A stretch of 33,901 nt of DNA from Candidatus Izemoplasmatales bacterium (GTDB lineage Bacteria > Bacillota_I > Bacilli_A > Izemoplasmatales > Hujiaoplasmataceae), in NCBI GenBank assembly GCA_028707415.1, contig JAQWBC010000001.1:1-33901 (forward strand). Reading direction: 5' to 3'. Below the pieces are notes generated by a model. It was not told the DNA's origin, made no database searches, and worked only from the letters and a program-made list of their open reading frames with translations. Position 1 is the first letter of the stretch. Every line of letters begins with the position of its first letter. Of the stretch, positions 19,644-27,586 are shown in pieces. The translations under genes and the position numbers were made by a program.

Positions 19644-20678
19644 GTGATATTTGTGATAAATTTATATGGTTTTACCTTAGAAGAAATGCAAGATTTTTTG
19701 ACAACAAATAATTTTAAAAAATTTAATGCAGCGCAATTATTCGATTGGCTGTATCTCAAAAAAGCCCGATCTTTTCAAGCTATGTCCAATTTATCAAAAG
19801 AGTTGCGAACCTTTTTAGAAGCTGCTTGTGCTATTGATCTTTTGAAAGTTCAACAGCATCAACACTCAGATGATGGAACGCATAAATTTCTTTTCGAGTT
19901 ATTTGATGGTTATGCCATTGAAGCGGTACTCATGACCCATGATTATGGTTTAAGTCTATGTGTCTCAAGCCAAGTCGGATGTAATATGGGTTGTTCTTTT
20001 TGTGCTAGCGGCTTGAAGAAGAAAAACCGTAATTTAACTTCAGCGGAAATGGTGTCACAAGTTATGACGGCCGAAGATGCCATGGACGTTAAAATAACCC
20101 ATTTAGTTGTGATGGGTACGGGAGAACCTTTTGATAATTATGATAATGTCATTCGGTTTGTTAAGATCGTCAATGATTCGAAAGGATTAGCTATCGGTCA
20201 GCGACACATTACAATTTCGACTTGTGGAATTGTTCCCATGATAATTGCTTACGCTAACGAACCAATTAGGAGTAATCTCGCCGTTAGCTTGCACGCACCA
20301 AACGATGAGTTACGCAACCTGCTAATGCCAATCAATAAACGCTATCCGCTCAAGGAGATTATTGCCGCTTGCGATACTTATTTTGAAAAGACATCGCGAC
20401 GGATTACCTTTGAATATTTACTATTAAGCGGGGTCAACGATACCCTTACCCACGCCGATCAACTTTCTGATTTAATTCGCGGCCTTAACGCCTATGTAAA
20501 CTTGATTCCCTACAATCACGTTTCGGAGTTCCAATATGAACAAACTGATATGGTAAAAGCCATGCAGTTTTATGACCGGTTGACCAAACGCGGAATCACG
20601 GCAACGCTACGTAAAGAACAGGGTTCGGATATTGATGCTGCTTGTGGTCAACTGCGATTAAAATCTGATCAGAAGTAA
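19644..20678 (+). CDS. rlmN: 23S rRNA/tRNA adenine-C2 methyltransferase RlmN (radical SAM)
   Basis: LYGFTLEEMQDFL...FNAAQLFDWLY N-terminus, radical-SAM CNMGCSFCASG, and the conserved C-terminal DIDAACGQL. The start is ambiguous: GTG at 19644 has no SD, while GTG at 19653 is preceded by GGTGAT. Confidence 0.9.
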   Translation: MIFVINLYGFTLEEMQDFLTTNNFKKFNAAQLFDWLYLKKARSFQAMSNLSKELRTFLEAACAIDLLKVQQHQHSDDGTHKFLFELFDGYAIEAVLMTHDYGLSLCVSSQVGCNMGCSFCASGLKKKNRNLTSAEMVSQVMTAEDAMDVKITHLVVMGTGEPFDNYDNVIRFVKIVNDSKGLAIGQRHITISTCGIVPMIIAYANEPIRSNLAVSLHAPNDELRNLLMPINKRYPLKEIIAACDTYFEKTSRRITFEYLLLSGVNDTLTHADQLSDLIRGLNAYVNLIPYNHVSEFQYEQTDMVKAMQFYDRLTKRGITATLRKEQGSDIDAACGQLRLKSDQK

Positions 20679-20689
20679 ATAGATTTCAT

Positions 20690-20718
20690 TTGACATAACC
20701 ATCATATTTTGCTAGACT
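20690..20718 (+). promoter_or_regulatory. Sigma-A-type promoter for pfkA-rbr
   Basis: TTGACA at 20690-20695, a 17-nt spacer, then TAGACT at 20713-20718. Confidence 0.5.
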
Positions 20719-20745
20719 ATGCATTGATTTTAAAAGGTGATTGAA

Positions 20746-21885
20746 ATGAGCGAAAAAATAAAAAAAATAGCCATCTTAACTGGTGGTGGCGATTGTTGCG
20801 GCATCAATGCTGCTATCCGATCAATTGTTCGAACGGCAATCGTTAAATATAATTATGAAGTCATTGGTTTTATCGGGGGATACTCCGGTCTTTATGCTGA
20901 TGAATATATTGAGATGACACTAAAAACGGTTTCCGGAATGTTCCATCAAGGTGGAACAATTCTCAAAAACTCTAATCGGGATAATTTATTTAGTTATCGC
21001 ATTAAAGATGAAAATGGTTGCTTTATTAAAAAAGATGTATCGGATGTCGCAATTGCCAATTTGAAGAGACACGAAATTGATGCTATTATCATCATTGGTG
21101 GTGACGGCACTCTGACTTCCGCCCGGGATTTCGCCCGAAAAGGGGTAAATGTTATCGGCGTTCCTAAAACAATTGATAACGATGTTCCCGGAACGGATAT
21201 CACATTTGGTTACCGGACTGCTCTCGATCATATTGTCAATGCCCTTGATGCTTTACATACAACGGCATATTCTCATAATCGTGTCATGATTTTGGAAGTC
21301 ATGGGTCGTAATGCGGGATGGTTGACACTCGAGGGAGGAATTGCCGGATCTGCCGATGCAATTTTAATTCCCGAGATTCCTTACGACATTCATAAGATTG
21401 CCAAGAAAATTATTGATCGATATAACTCAGGCAGTCAATTCTCGATTCTTTGTGTTTCGGAGGGGTCGCGGCCAATTGATGGTGATGTTACGGTTAAGAA
21501 AATCGTAGACGGAAGTCCTGACACCATTCGCTTAGGTGGAGCCGGCGAACAAGTTGCCCGGGCTTTAGAAATGATTGTTAGTCCAATAACGGGGCAGGAA
21601 ATGCGGTCAACGACTCTGGGATATATTCAAAGAGGTGGAGTGACGAATTGTTACGACCGAATCTTAAGCACTCGATACGGATCATATGCCGTTGATTTAG
21701 TTGAAAATGGTTTCTTTGGAAATATGGTTGCAATTCGTAACAATAAAATGACATATATTCCTATTGAAGAAGTAGTAGGATCAGGACTAATCGGAGAAAC
21801 CAGTCTTGGTGGCAAGCGTTTAGTTAATCCCCAAGGAGATTTAGTGACCGCTGCCAAAGGCATCGGTATCGTTTTTGGCGACTAA
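20746..21885 (+). CDS. pfkA: 6-phosphofructokinase (PfkA family, long form, phosphoryl donor uncertain)
   Basis: ILTGGGDCCGINAAIR, IIGGDGTLT, PKTIDNDV and MGRNAGWLTL motifs. ATG at 20746 follows AAAAGGTG; the ORF-track start at 20737 is a GTG inside the RBS. Confidence 0.9.
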   Translation: MSEKIKKIAILTGGGDCCGINAAIRSIVRTAIVKYNYEVIGFIGGYSGLYADEYIEMTLKTVSGMFHQGGTILKNSNRDNLFSYRIKDENGCFIKKDVSDVAIANLKRHEIDAIIIIGGDGTLTSARDFARKGVNVIGVPKTIDNDVPGTDITFGYRTALDHIVNALDALHTTAYSHNRVMILEVMGRNAGWLTLEGGIAGSADAILIPEIPYDIHKIAKKIIDRYNSGSQFSILCVSEGSRPIDGDVTVKKIVDGSPDTIRLGGAGEQVARALEMIVSPITGQEMRSTTLGYIQRGGVTNCYDRILSTRYGSYAVDLVENGFFGNMVAIRNNKMTYIPIEEVVGSGLIGETSLGGKRLVNPQGDLVTAAKGIGIVFGD

Positions 21886-21930
21886 CAAATTATAAAAACA
21901 AGATAATACATAACAAGGAGGAATATTCTT

Positions 21931-22470
21931 ATGGAACTCAAAGGCAGTAAAACCGAATTGAATTTAAAAAAGGCATTTGCTGGCGAAAGCGAGGCTCGGA
22001 CTAAGTATACTTTTTATTCGTCAGTCGCAAAAAAAGAAGGGCTTGAACAAATCGCTGAATTCTTTTTAGAAACAGCAGAAAACGAAAAAGAACACGCGAA
22101 AATCTGGTTTAAATTATTGCATGGCGGTCAGATTCCGACTACTGATGTTAATTTAGCGGATTGTATAGCAGGCGAAAATTATGAATGGACGGAAATGTAC
22201 AAAGAGTTTGCCGAAACAGCCAAAACCGAAGGTTTTACTAAAATCGCTTTTTTATTTGAAAATGTGGGTAATATTGAAAAGATGCATGAAGAAAGATATG
22301 CTAATCTTTTAGCAAGCATAAAAGCAAATCGGGTTTTTGAATCCGATAAAACCGAGTTTTGGTTCTGCTCAAATTGTGGGCATATTCATGTTGGAAAAAG
22401 ACCACCGGAGAAATGCCCAGTCTGCGATCATCCACAAGCATATTTCCGCAGGTATGTGAAAACTTACTAA
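21931..22470 (+). CDS. rbr: Rubrerythrin
   Basis: [22 protein letters not shown] and [10 protein letters not shown] diiron ferritin-like motifs, plus a C-terminal rubredoxin-like CSNCGH...CPVCDHP. RBS AAGGAGG. Confidence 0.9.
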   Translation: MELKGSKTELNLKKAFAGESEARTKYTFYSSVAKKEGLEQIAEFFLETAENEKEHAKIWFKLLHGGQIPTTDVNLADCIAGENYEWTEMYKEFAETAKTEGFTKIAFLFENVGNIEKMHEERYANLLASIKANRVFESDKTEFWFCSNCGHIHVGKRPPEKCPVCDHPQAYFRRYVKTY

Positions 22471-22475
22471 AGAAT

Positions 22476-22501
22476 AGAAGACTCCGGTCTTCTTTTTTTT
22501 T
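22476..22501 (+). terminator. Rho-independent terminator after rbr
   Basis: Stem AGAAGAC/GTCTTCT with loop TCCG, followed by a run of about 9 T. Confidence 0.8.
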
Positions 22502-22553
22502 GCTTCATGAAGTATAATTAGAATAAATCTATTGCATATATGGAGGCGATTGT

Positions 22554-23421
22554 TTGACTCAGGGTAAGATCATCAAGTTAACCGGTGGGCTTTACACTGT
22601 CGTTGATGAAATAGGCAAGCAATTTGAGTTGCGTCCGATTGGTCTTTTTTCGTTATCATAATGTTCGTCCTAAAGTGGGAGACGATGTCATGTTTGATGT
22701 AGATGCAATCAAAGAAGTGCTTCCTCGACGCAACGAGATGATTCGACCGGCCATTGCTAATGTTGATTATATTTTAATCGTCAATTCCTGCAAACAACCG
22801 GACTTTAGTTTTTTATTATTGGATCGATTTTTGGCACTTATAGCAAAATCGGAAATTCCGGCGATCATCATTATTACAAAAACCGATTTAATGAACGCTT
22901 TGGAATTAAATATTCTTAAACAAAAATTGGCATATTATCAACGGTTCTGTCCGGTTTTTTATACCGCTTCTCTATCATTGCTTGGAATCGAAGCAATTAA
23001 AGATTTGATATATAAAAAAATTATTGTTTTATCTGGACAAACCGGAGCGGGAAAGAGTAGCATTCTCAACGCCATCGATCCGAAATTGAATCTTAAAACC
23101 GATACGATCTCAGTTGCATTGGGACGGGGAAAACACACTACCAGACATGTCGAACTAATCAATATTTGTGGCGGTTGGATTGCGGATACTCCGGGTTTTT
23201 CTAAATTGGATTTTGAGGGATTTGAGGCAAGGACTTTCAATACGCTTTACCCAGATTTTGTTCGTTTTCGTGATGAATGCCGCTTCAATGGATGTACCCA
23301 CACCAATGAGCCGGGATGTCGTGTCAAAGAATTAGTTCAGTCCAAAGATATATTGCCGGAACGTTATGAAAATTATCTCCGTTTATATGAAGAAATCAAA
23401 AGCCAAAAACCGATTTACTAG
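22554..23421 (+). pseudogene. rsgA: Ribosome small-subunit biogenesis GTPase RsgA (YloQ/CpgA), split by a 1-nt frameshift in a T6 run
   Basis: TTG at 22554 lies 6 nt after GGAGG and encodes LTQGKIIKLTGGLYTVVDE...ELRPIGLF, ending at TAA 22659-22661. The +1 frame continues FRYHNVRPKVGDDVMF... with circularly permuted GTPase motifs (TKTDL, GQTGAGKSS, DTPGF) and the zinc motif CRFNGCTHTNEPGC. Deleting one T from 22645-22650 fuses the two parts seamlessly. Confidence 0.8.
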
Positions 23422-23432
23422 GAGGAGACGCC

Positions 23433-24074
23433 ATGATTATAGCACCATCATTTCTAACAGCCGATTTTGCCGACCTTGATTCGGAGATTAATTCCATTCA
23501 ATTTGCTAAATGGTTACACTTTGATGTTATGGATGGTCGATTTGTTCCTAAGTATACATATAATGAAGAAATCGTTAAACGAATCAAACGGATCAGTTCG
23601 CAGTTTTTTGATATTCATTTAATGATTGAAACTCCAGAGAAGGCGATTGTTGGCTATGCTAGTGCTGGGGCTGATTTAATTACTTTTCATCTTGAAGCAA
23701 CTAATAATAACACTGACAATCTAATCAAATTGGTAAAAAGCCTAAATGTTCAATGCGGAATCTCCATCAAACCAAAGACTTCTGTAGAAAATTTGGTTCC
23801 ATATCTTGCCGCTTTGGATTTAGTCTTGATTATGAGTGTTGAACCTGGTCAAGGTGGACAAAAATATATTTCTGAATCGACCAATAAAATCCAATTTTTA
23901 GCAAAATATCGTCGTATACACAAACTAAATTACAAAATTGAAGTTGACGGAGGAATAAACTTGGAAACCGCGAAGATCGTTCGTGAAGCGGGAGCTGATA
24001 TTATCGTCGTCGGTTCCTACATCTTCGGGAGAAAGGATCGAAAAGCCGCAATTAAGGAGTTGGAAAATGCCTAA
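23433..24074 (+). CDS. rpe: Ribulose-phosphate 3-epimerase
   Basis: IAPSFLTADF, HFDVMDGRFVP, HLM, MSVEPGQGGQ and VDGGIN motifs. It follows rsgA as in B. subtilis. Confidence 0.9.
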   Translation: MIIAPSFLTADFADLDSEINSIQFAKWLHFDVMDGRFVPKYTYNEEIVKRIKRISSQFFDIHLMIETPEKAIVGYASAGADLITFHLEATNNNTDNLIKLVKSLNVQCGISIKPKTSVENLVPYLAALDLVLIMSVEPGQGGQKYISESTNKIQFLAKYRRIHKLNYKIEVDGGINLETAKIVREAGADIIVVGSYIFGRKDRKAAIKELENA

Positions 24075-24696
24075 AAATGTCAAAATATTCTGTGGCCCCA
24101 ATAATTACACTTTAAAAAGCGTATATTTTGAAGAATCAGAGGAATTCATAGTTGGCGTTGATTCTGGACTCGATTATTTAATTGAAAATGCTATGGTGAT
24201 TGATTTGGCGATTGGGGATTTCGATTCGGTAAATCCAGAATATCTCCAAAAGATAAAAACCGAAAGCAAACAAGTCATCGAATTAGAAAAAGCAAAGAAC
24301 ATGACTGATTTGACATATGCCGTTGATTATATCTACAATTCGATGGATTATGAAACAATGACGATTTTTGGGGGTATCGGGGGACGGATTGATCATCTTT
24401 TAGCCAACTTAAATATTCTCAAGAAATATGATGTCAAATTTTGTGATAATCGTACGGTAATGTATGCCTTAAAAAAAGGAAAGCATCATATTTCCAATTA
24501 TCACAAGTACATCTCATTTTTTGCCATCGAGGATTGTTATAATCTATCAATCAGGGGTTTCCGATATGAACTTGACAACTACTACTTGAGTACCAATGAT
24601 TCACTGTGTGTTTCTAATTCCGGGTCTGGTATCATCGAATTTTCCAAGGGTCGGATATTAGTTATCTCTACAGATGATCAATTTCAAGAGACCTAA
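24067..24696 (+). CDS. thiN: Thiamine pyrophosphokinase
   Basis: ATG at 24067 follows AAGGAG and overlaps the rpe end by 8 nt. GDFDS motif, GGIGGRIDH, about 209 aa. The rsgA-rpe-thiN order matches B. subtilis yloQ-rpe-yloS. The ORF-track start at 23983 lies inside rpe and is rejected. Confidence 0.8.
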   Translation: MPKNVKIFCGPNNYTLKSVYFEESEEFIVGVDSGLDYLIENAMVIDLAIGDFDSVNPEYLQKIKTESKQVIELEKAKNMTDLTYAVDYIYNSMDYETMTIFGGIGGRIDHLLANLNILKKYDVKFCDNRTVMYALKKGKHHISNYHKYISFFAIEDCYNLSIRGFRYELDNYYLSTNDSLCVSNSGSGIIEFSKGRILVISTDDQFQET

Positions 24697-24767
24697 TCAC
24701 ATATTTTCACTAAAAACACGCAAACCAGAGTTATAATATTTACATTCTGTCTATGAGGTGAATATCA

Positions 24768-26057
24768 ATGAAAAAACATTTAGTCTTGATTGTGATTGCT
24801 ATTATGGTTTTAGGGTTATGGGGCTGTGATTTTTTTACATCCTATGTGACCGTCCCTTTGACAACGGGTGAAACGACAGAAGAAGTAACAACGACATCGG
24901 GGGTAATATCTATTGATATTGATGCGGTGATTTCTGAACTTTATAATCGAATCTATATTGATTTGTACGATGATGTTCGCGCTGAAGTTATTGATGACCT
25001 GTCGCAAGAACGGTTTGATGCCATATATGCACAAGTAATTGCAGATGTCGTCGCCAAGATCGATGCTGATCAAATCGAAATTTCTGTCCAATCGATTGTG
25101 GAACAGATCTTTTTGGTTGCTTCCGAGAAAAGTGCCGCCGTCATCGGTGTATCGAACTATACTGCCACTAATGTTTTGCAATCATTTGGATCGGGGATAA
25201 TATACAAACACACTGGCGATACCTACTTTGTTGTAACGAATAATCACGTTGTTGAAGACGGAACGTATTTTGAAATTGAATTCGCTGACGGAACCACAAT
25301 TGAAGCTCATCTGAAAGGCGTCGATGATCTTGTCGATGTAGCGGTTTTATATTTCACTTCTGCTGAAGAACTTCCAGTTGCGTCGTTTGGCGATTCTGAA
25401 ACCGTCAATAAGGGCGATGTTATTTTAGCGGTTGGCAATCCCAGCAGTTATGATTTTTATAATTCGATGACGTTGGGAATCGTCTCCGGAATCGATCGCT
25501 ATTTTGATATCGATTCGGATAATATTAAAGATATGTTTGTCAATTATATTCAGCATGATGCCGCCATCAATGCGGGAAATAGTGGTGGAGCATTATTTAA
25601 TCTAAATGGTGAAGTCATTGGCATCAATGTTATTAAAATTGCTTCTGTGGAAATCGAGGGCATGGGTTTTGCCATCCCGAGTAATTTGGTTGAAGCGATT
25701 TGCGAAGATATCGAATTATACGGAATATCCAAGCAAAAGCCGGTCTTAGGCATTACCTTTTATGATATTGATACTGTTGGTGTTGACGTTTTATACACGG
25801 AAATCGGCATCGTGATTCCCGATGGTATTGAATATGGCTTCTATGTAAGTGTCGTTAAAGATGGATCGACCATGGATGGAATTGCTCTAGAGGGCGATAT
25901 AATTTTACAGATTGGTGATATTGTCATCTCCAACTTGTCAGAGTATGTCGAAGCCTTCTCTAAATACCGGGTGGACGATGTCATCACTGTTGTTTTGTAC
26001 CGAGACGGCGAAACACTGACTTTTGAAAATGTCGTTTTGAAGCCAAAGTCATGGTAG
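24768..26057 (+). CDS. HtrA/DegP-like S1C serine protease with C-terminal PDZ domain, probable lipoprotein
   Basis: Signal peptide ending LWGC (Cys20). Catalytic triad context TNNHVV / DVAVL / GNSGGAL, with the Ser codon at 25581-25583. The C-terminal ~100 aa are PDZ-like (GFYVSVVKDGS...GDIILQIGD). Confidence 0.8.
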   Translation: MKKHLVLIVIAIMVLGLWGCDFFTSYVTVPLTTGETTEEVTTTSGVISIDIDAVISELYNRIYIDLYDDVRAEVIDDLSQERFDAIYAQVIADVVAKIDADQIEISVQSIVEQIFLVASEKSAAVIGVSNYTATNVLQSFGSGIIYKHTGDTYFVVTNNHVVEDGTYFEIEFADGTTIEAHLKGVDDLVDVAVLYFTSAEELPVASFGDSETVNKGDVILAVGNPSSYDFYNSMTLGIVSGIDRYFDIDSDNIKDMFVNYIQHDAAINAGNSGGALFNLNGEVIGINVIKIASVEIEGMGFAIPSNLVEAICEDIELYGISKQKPVLGITFYDIDTVGVDVLYTEIGIVIPDGIEYGFYVSVVKDGSTMDGIALEGDIILQIGDIVISNLSEYVEAFSKYRVDDVITVVLYRDGETLTFENVVLKPKSW

Positions 26058-26069
26058 GAGGATGTTAAT

Positions 26070-27068
26070 ATGATAAAAAAAATCCTTTCGCTTGCGCTTA
26101 TTTTAGGTTTTATGATGTCACTTTATGCCTGTTTTTCTGTCAACGCCGAAGAGACTACCTTCTTGACTACGGAAACAACGATGACAACTCAAGTAACGAC
26201 ACTGACAATTGACGAGTCAATAAAAACCTATAATTACACTGATTTTAATGACTTAGTCAATCAAATATATGTCGATGTATATGAACAAATTTACGCTGAA
26301 TTATATGCAGAGTATTCCGAAACAATTTTTATTGATCCGGAACAATTGGAATTAAATATTTACGAAGAAATTTACGCTCAAGTAGAAGCCGAATTATGGG
26401 CCCAGATTAATACGGGAAATATCACGATTGTTATGGATGATTTTCTTGATCAATTGCTAAATGTAGCTGAAATTGCTAATCATTCAGTAATTGGTGTTTC
26501 AACTTATAACGATTCTGAAGGGATTGCTTTAGGATCAGGAGTCATCTATTTTTATGATAGTTTTGCCAATGTTTATTACCTCATAACCAATCAGCACGTC
26601 GTCGAAGGTGGTAATAATTTTAAAGTTGTATTTGCGAACGGTGATGAAGTTGTTGCGACGCTCCTTGGGGCTGATGATGAGGTTGATATAGCTATATTAT
26701 CTTTCTCTGGCGCGGGGATTGACCAAGATATTACCGTGTCGATTCTGGGAGATTCTGATGCGTTGACTCAAGGAACAATTGTTTTAGCTTCAGGAAATCC
26801 TCGTGGTTACAACTTTTTCGGATCGATGACGATGGGCATTGTTGCTGGAATTAACCGCATAATTGATGACAACACAACTCCTTATATTCAACATGATGCT
26901 GCTATCAATTCAGGAAATAGCGGTGGACCCTTATATAACCTTTTAGGTGAGGTTATTGGCATCAATGTCAGTAAATATGCCATAACCGATATTGAAGGTA
27001 TGGGTTTTGCCATTCCGATTAATCTTGTAAAAACCGTAATCGATACTTTCGCTCCAACAACGATATAG
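26070..27068 (+). CDS. HtrA-like S1C serine protease paralogue lacking a PDZ domain, probable lipoprotein
   Basis: Signal peptide ending LYAC (Cys21). Triad context TNQHVV / DIAIL / GNSGGPL. The protein ends about 40 aa after the catalytic Ser, so there is no PDZ domain. It is clearly paralogous to the upstream gene. Confidence 0.75.
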   Translation: MIKKILSLALILGFMMSLYACFSVNAEETTFLTTETTMTTQVTTLTIDESIKTYNYTDFNDLVNQIYVDVYEQIYAELYAEYSETIFIDPEQLELNIYEEIYAQVEAELWAQINTGNITIVMDDFLDQLLNVAEIANHSVIGVSTYNDSEGIALGSGVIYFYDSFANVYYLITNQHVVEGGNNFKVVFANGDEVVATLLGADDEVDIAILSFSGAGIDQDITVSILGDSDALTQGTIVLASGNPRGYNFFGSMTMGIVAGINRIIDDNTTPYIQHDAAINSGNSGGPLYNLLGEVIGINVSKYAITDIEGMGFAIPINLVKTVIDTFAPTTI

Positions 27069-27075
27069 TCAAAAG

Positions 27076-27106
27076 AATAGGCCTCCTCATTTTGAGAAGG
27101 CCTATT
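27076..27106. terminator. Strong GC-rich hairpin downstream of the second protease gene
   Basis: AATAGGCCT/AGGCCTATT stem with an inner CTC/GAG extension. There is no good T tract on the plus strand and only CTTTT on the minus strand, so a terminator function is uncertain. Confidence 0.4.
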
Positions 27107-27108
27107 AT

Positions 27109-27137
27109 AAAAAAATGCCTCAAACGAGGCATTTTAT
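27109..27137. terminator. Bidirectional Rho-independent terminator between the convergent protease gene and rpmB
   Basis: Stem AAAATGCCTC/GAGGCATTTT with loop AAAC. A7 lies upstream, giving T7 on the minus strand for rpmB. TTTTAT lies downstream on the plus strand. Confidence 0.75.
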
Positions 27138-27152
27138 ATGTAAAATAGTAAT

Positions 27153-27344
27153 CTAAGCTCTTGTTACTTTTCCGCTTTTTAAAGCTCTGGCGGAAACGTA
27201 TACCCGTTTAATTTGACCGTTTTCATCAACGATTCTGACTTTTTGAAGATTAGCTTTCCACATTTTTCTGGTCGCGATCATTGAATGAGAACGTTGATTT
27301 CCCGACATAAAACTCTTTCCCGTGATGACACAAACTCTTGGCAT
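27153..27344 (-). CDS. rpmB: 50S ribosomal protein L28
   Basis: [10 protein letters not shown]....GN.RSHS....R.W.ANLQK.R is the canonical L28 sequence. 63 aa, RBS GGAGTGA. Confidence 0.95.
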   Translation of the reverse strand: MPRVCVITGKSFMSGNQRSHSMIATRKMWKANLQKVRIVDENGQIKRVYVSARALKSGKVTRA

Positions 27345-27385
27345 TGATATTCACTCCGTTTCCCTTTAAGATTTCAGCACTTCAT

Positions 27386-27413
27386 ATTTTACCATATCCT
27401 ATGCAAAAAGCAA
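27386..27413 (-). promoter_or_regulatory. Putative rpmB promoter (extended -10)
   Basis: On the minus strand: TTGCTT (27413-27408), a 16-nt spacer, then TGgTAAAAT with the hexamer at 27391-27386. Confidence 0.4.
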
Positions 27414-27469
27414 GTAAAATATTCGGTTTTCATACGACAAATCGGTTTTTGTCGGTCAAGTTTATGTTA

Positions 27470-27498
27470 TTGCTTTTTATGTGGCAATATGGTAAAAT
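27470..27498 (+). promoter_or_regulatory. Putative yloV promoter (extended -10)
   Basis: TTGCTT at 27470-27475, a 17-nt spacer, then TGgTAAAAT with the hexamer at 27493-27498, about 88 nt upstream of the yloV ATG. Confidence 0.45.
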
Positions 27499-27586
27499 GA
27501 TACTGCATTTTTTAAAACGAACCAAAAAAATTGAGTCATACTCATTCCATCTATACCGATTTTAAAGAAATAATCTGGAGGATTTT

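Noticed and set aside
22554-22661. Treating the 35-codon ORF upstream of rsgA as an independent small gene
   Set aside because: Its sequence is the canonical RsgA OB-fold N-terminus and joins the downstream frame perfectly after removing one T. It is a fragment of rsgA, not a separate peptide gene.
23983-24066. Upstream extension of the thiN ORF, and similarly the rnc ORF extension at 32352-32453
   Set aside because: Both extensions lie inside the preceding well-supported genes (rpe, plsX) in another frame. The internal ATGs at 24067 and 32454 give canonical N-termini.
27076-27106. GC-rich hairpin after the second protease gene as a possible small RNA or REP-like repeat
   Set aside because: It is a single copy in this window with no flanking promoter. 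It is most simply an accessory transcription or RNA-stability hairpin next to the bidirectional terminator. A repeat family cannot be assessed without the rest of the genome.
27338-27565. 75-aa plus-strand ORF in the rpmB/yloV intergenic region
   Set aside because: It starts inside the rpmB start codon region and spans both putative promoters. It has no RBS and a low-complexity hydrophobic/basic composition typical of AT-rich non-coding DNA.
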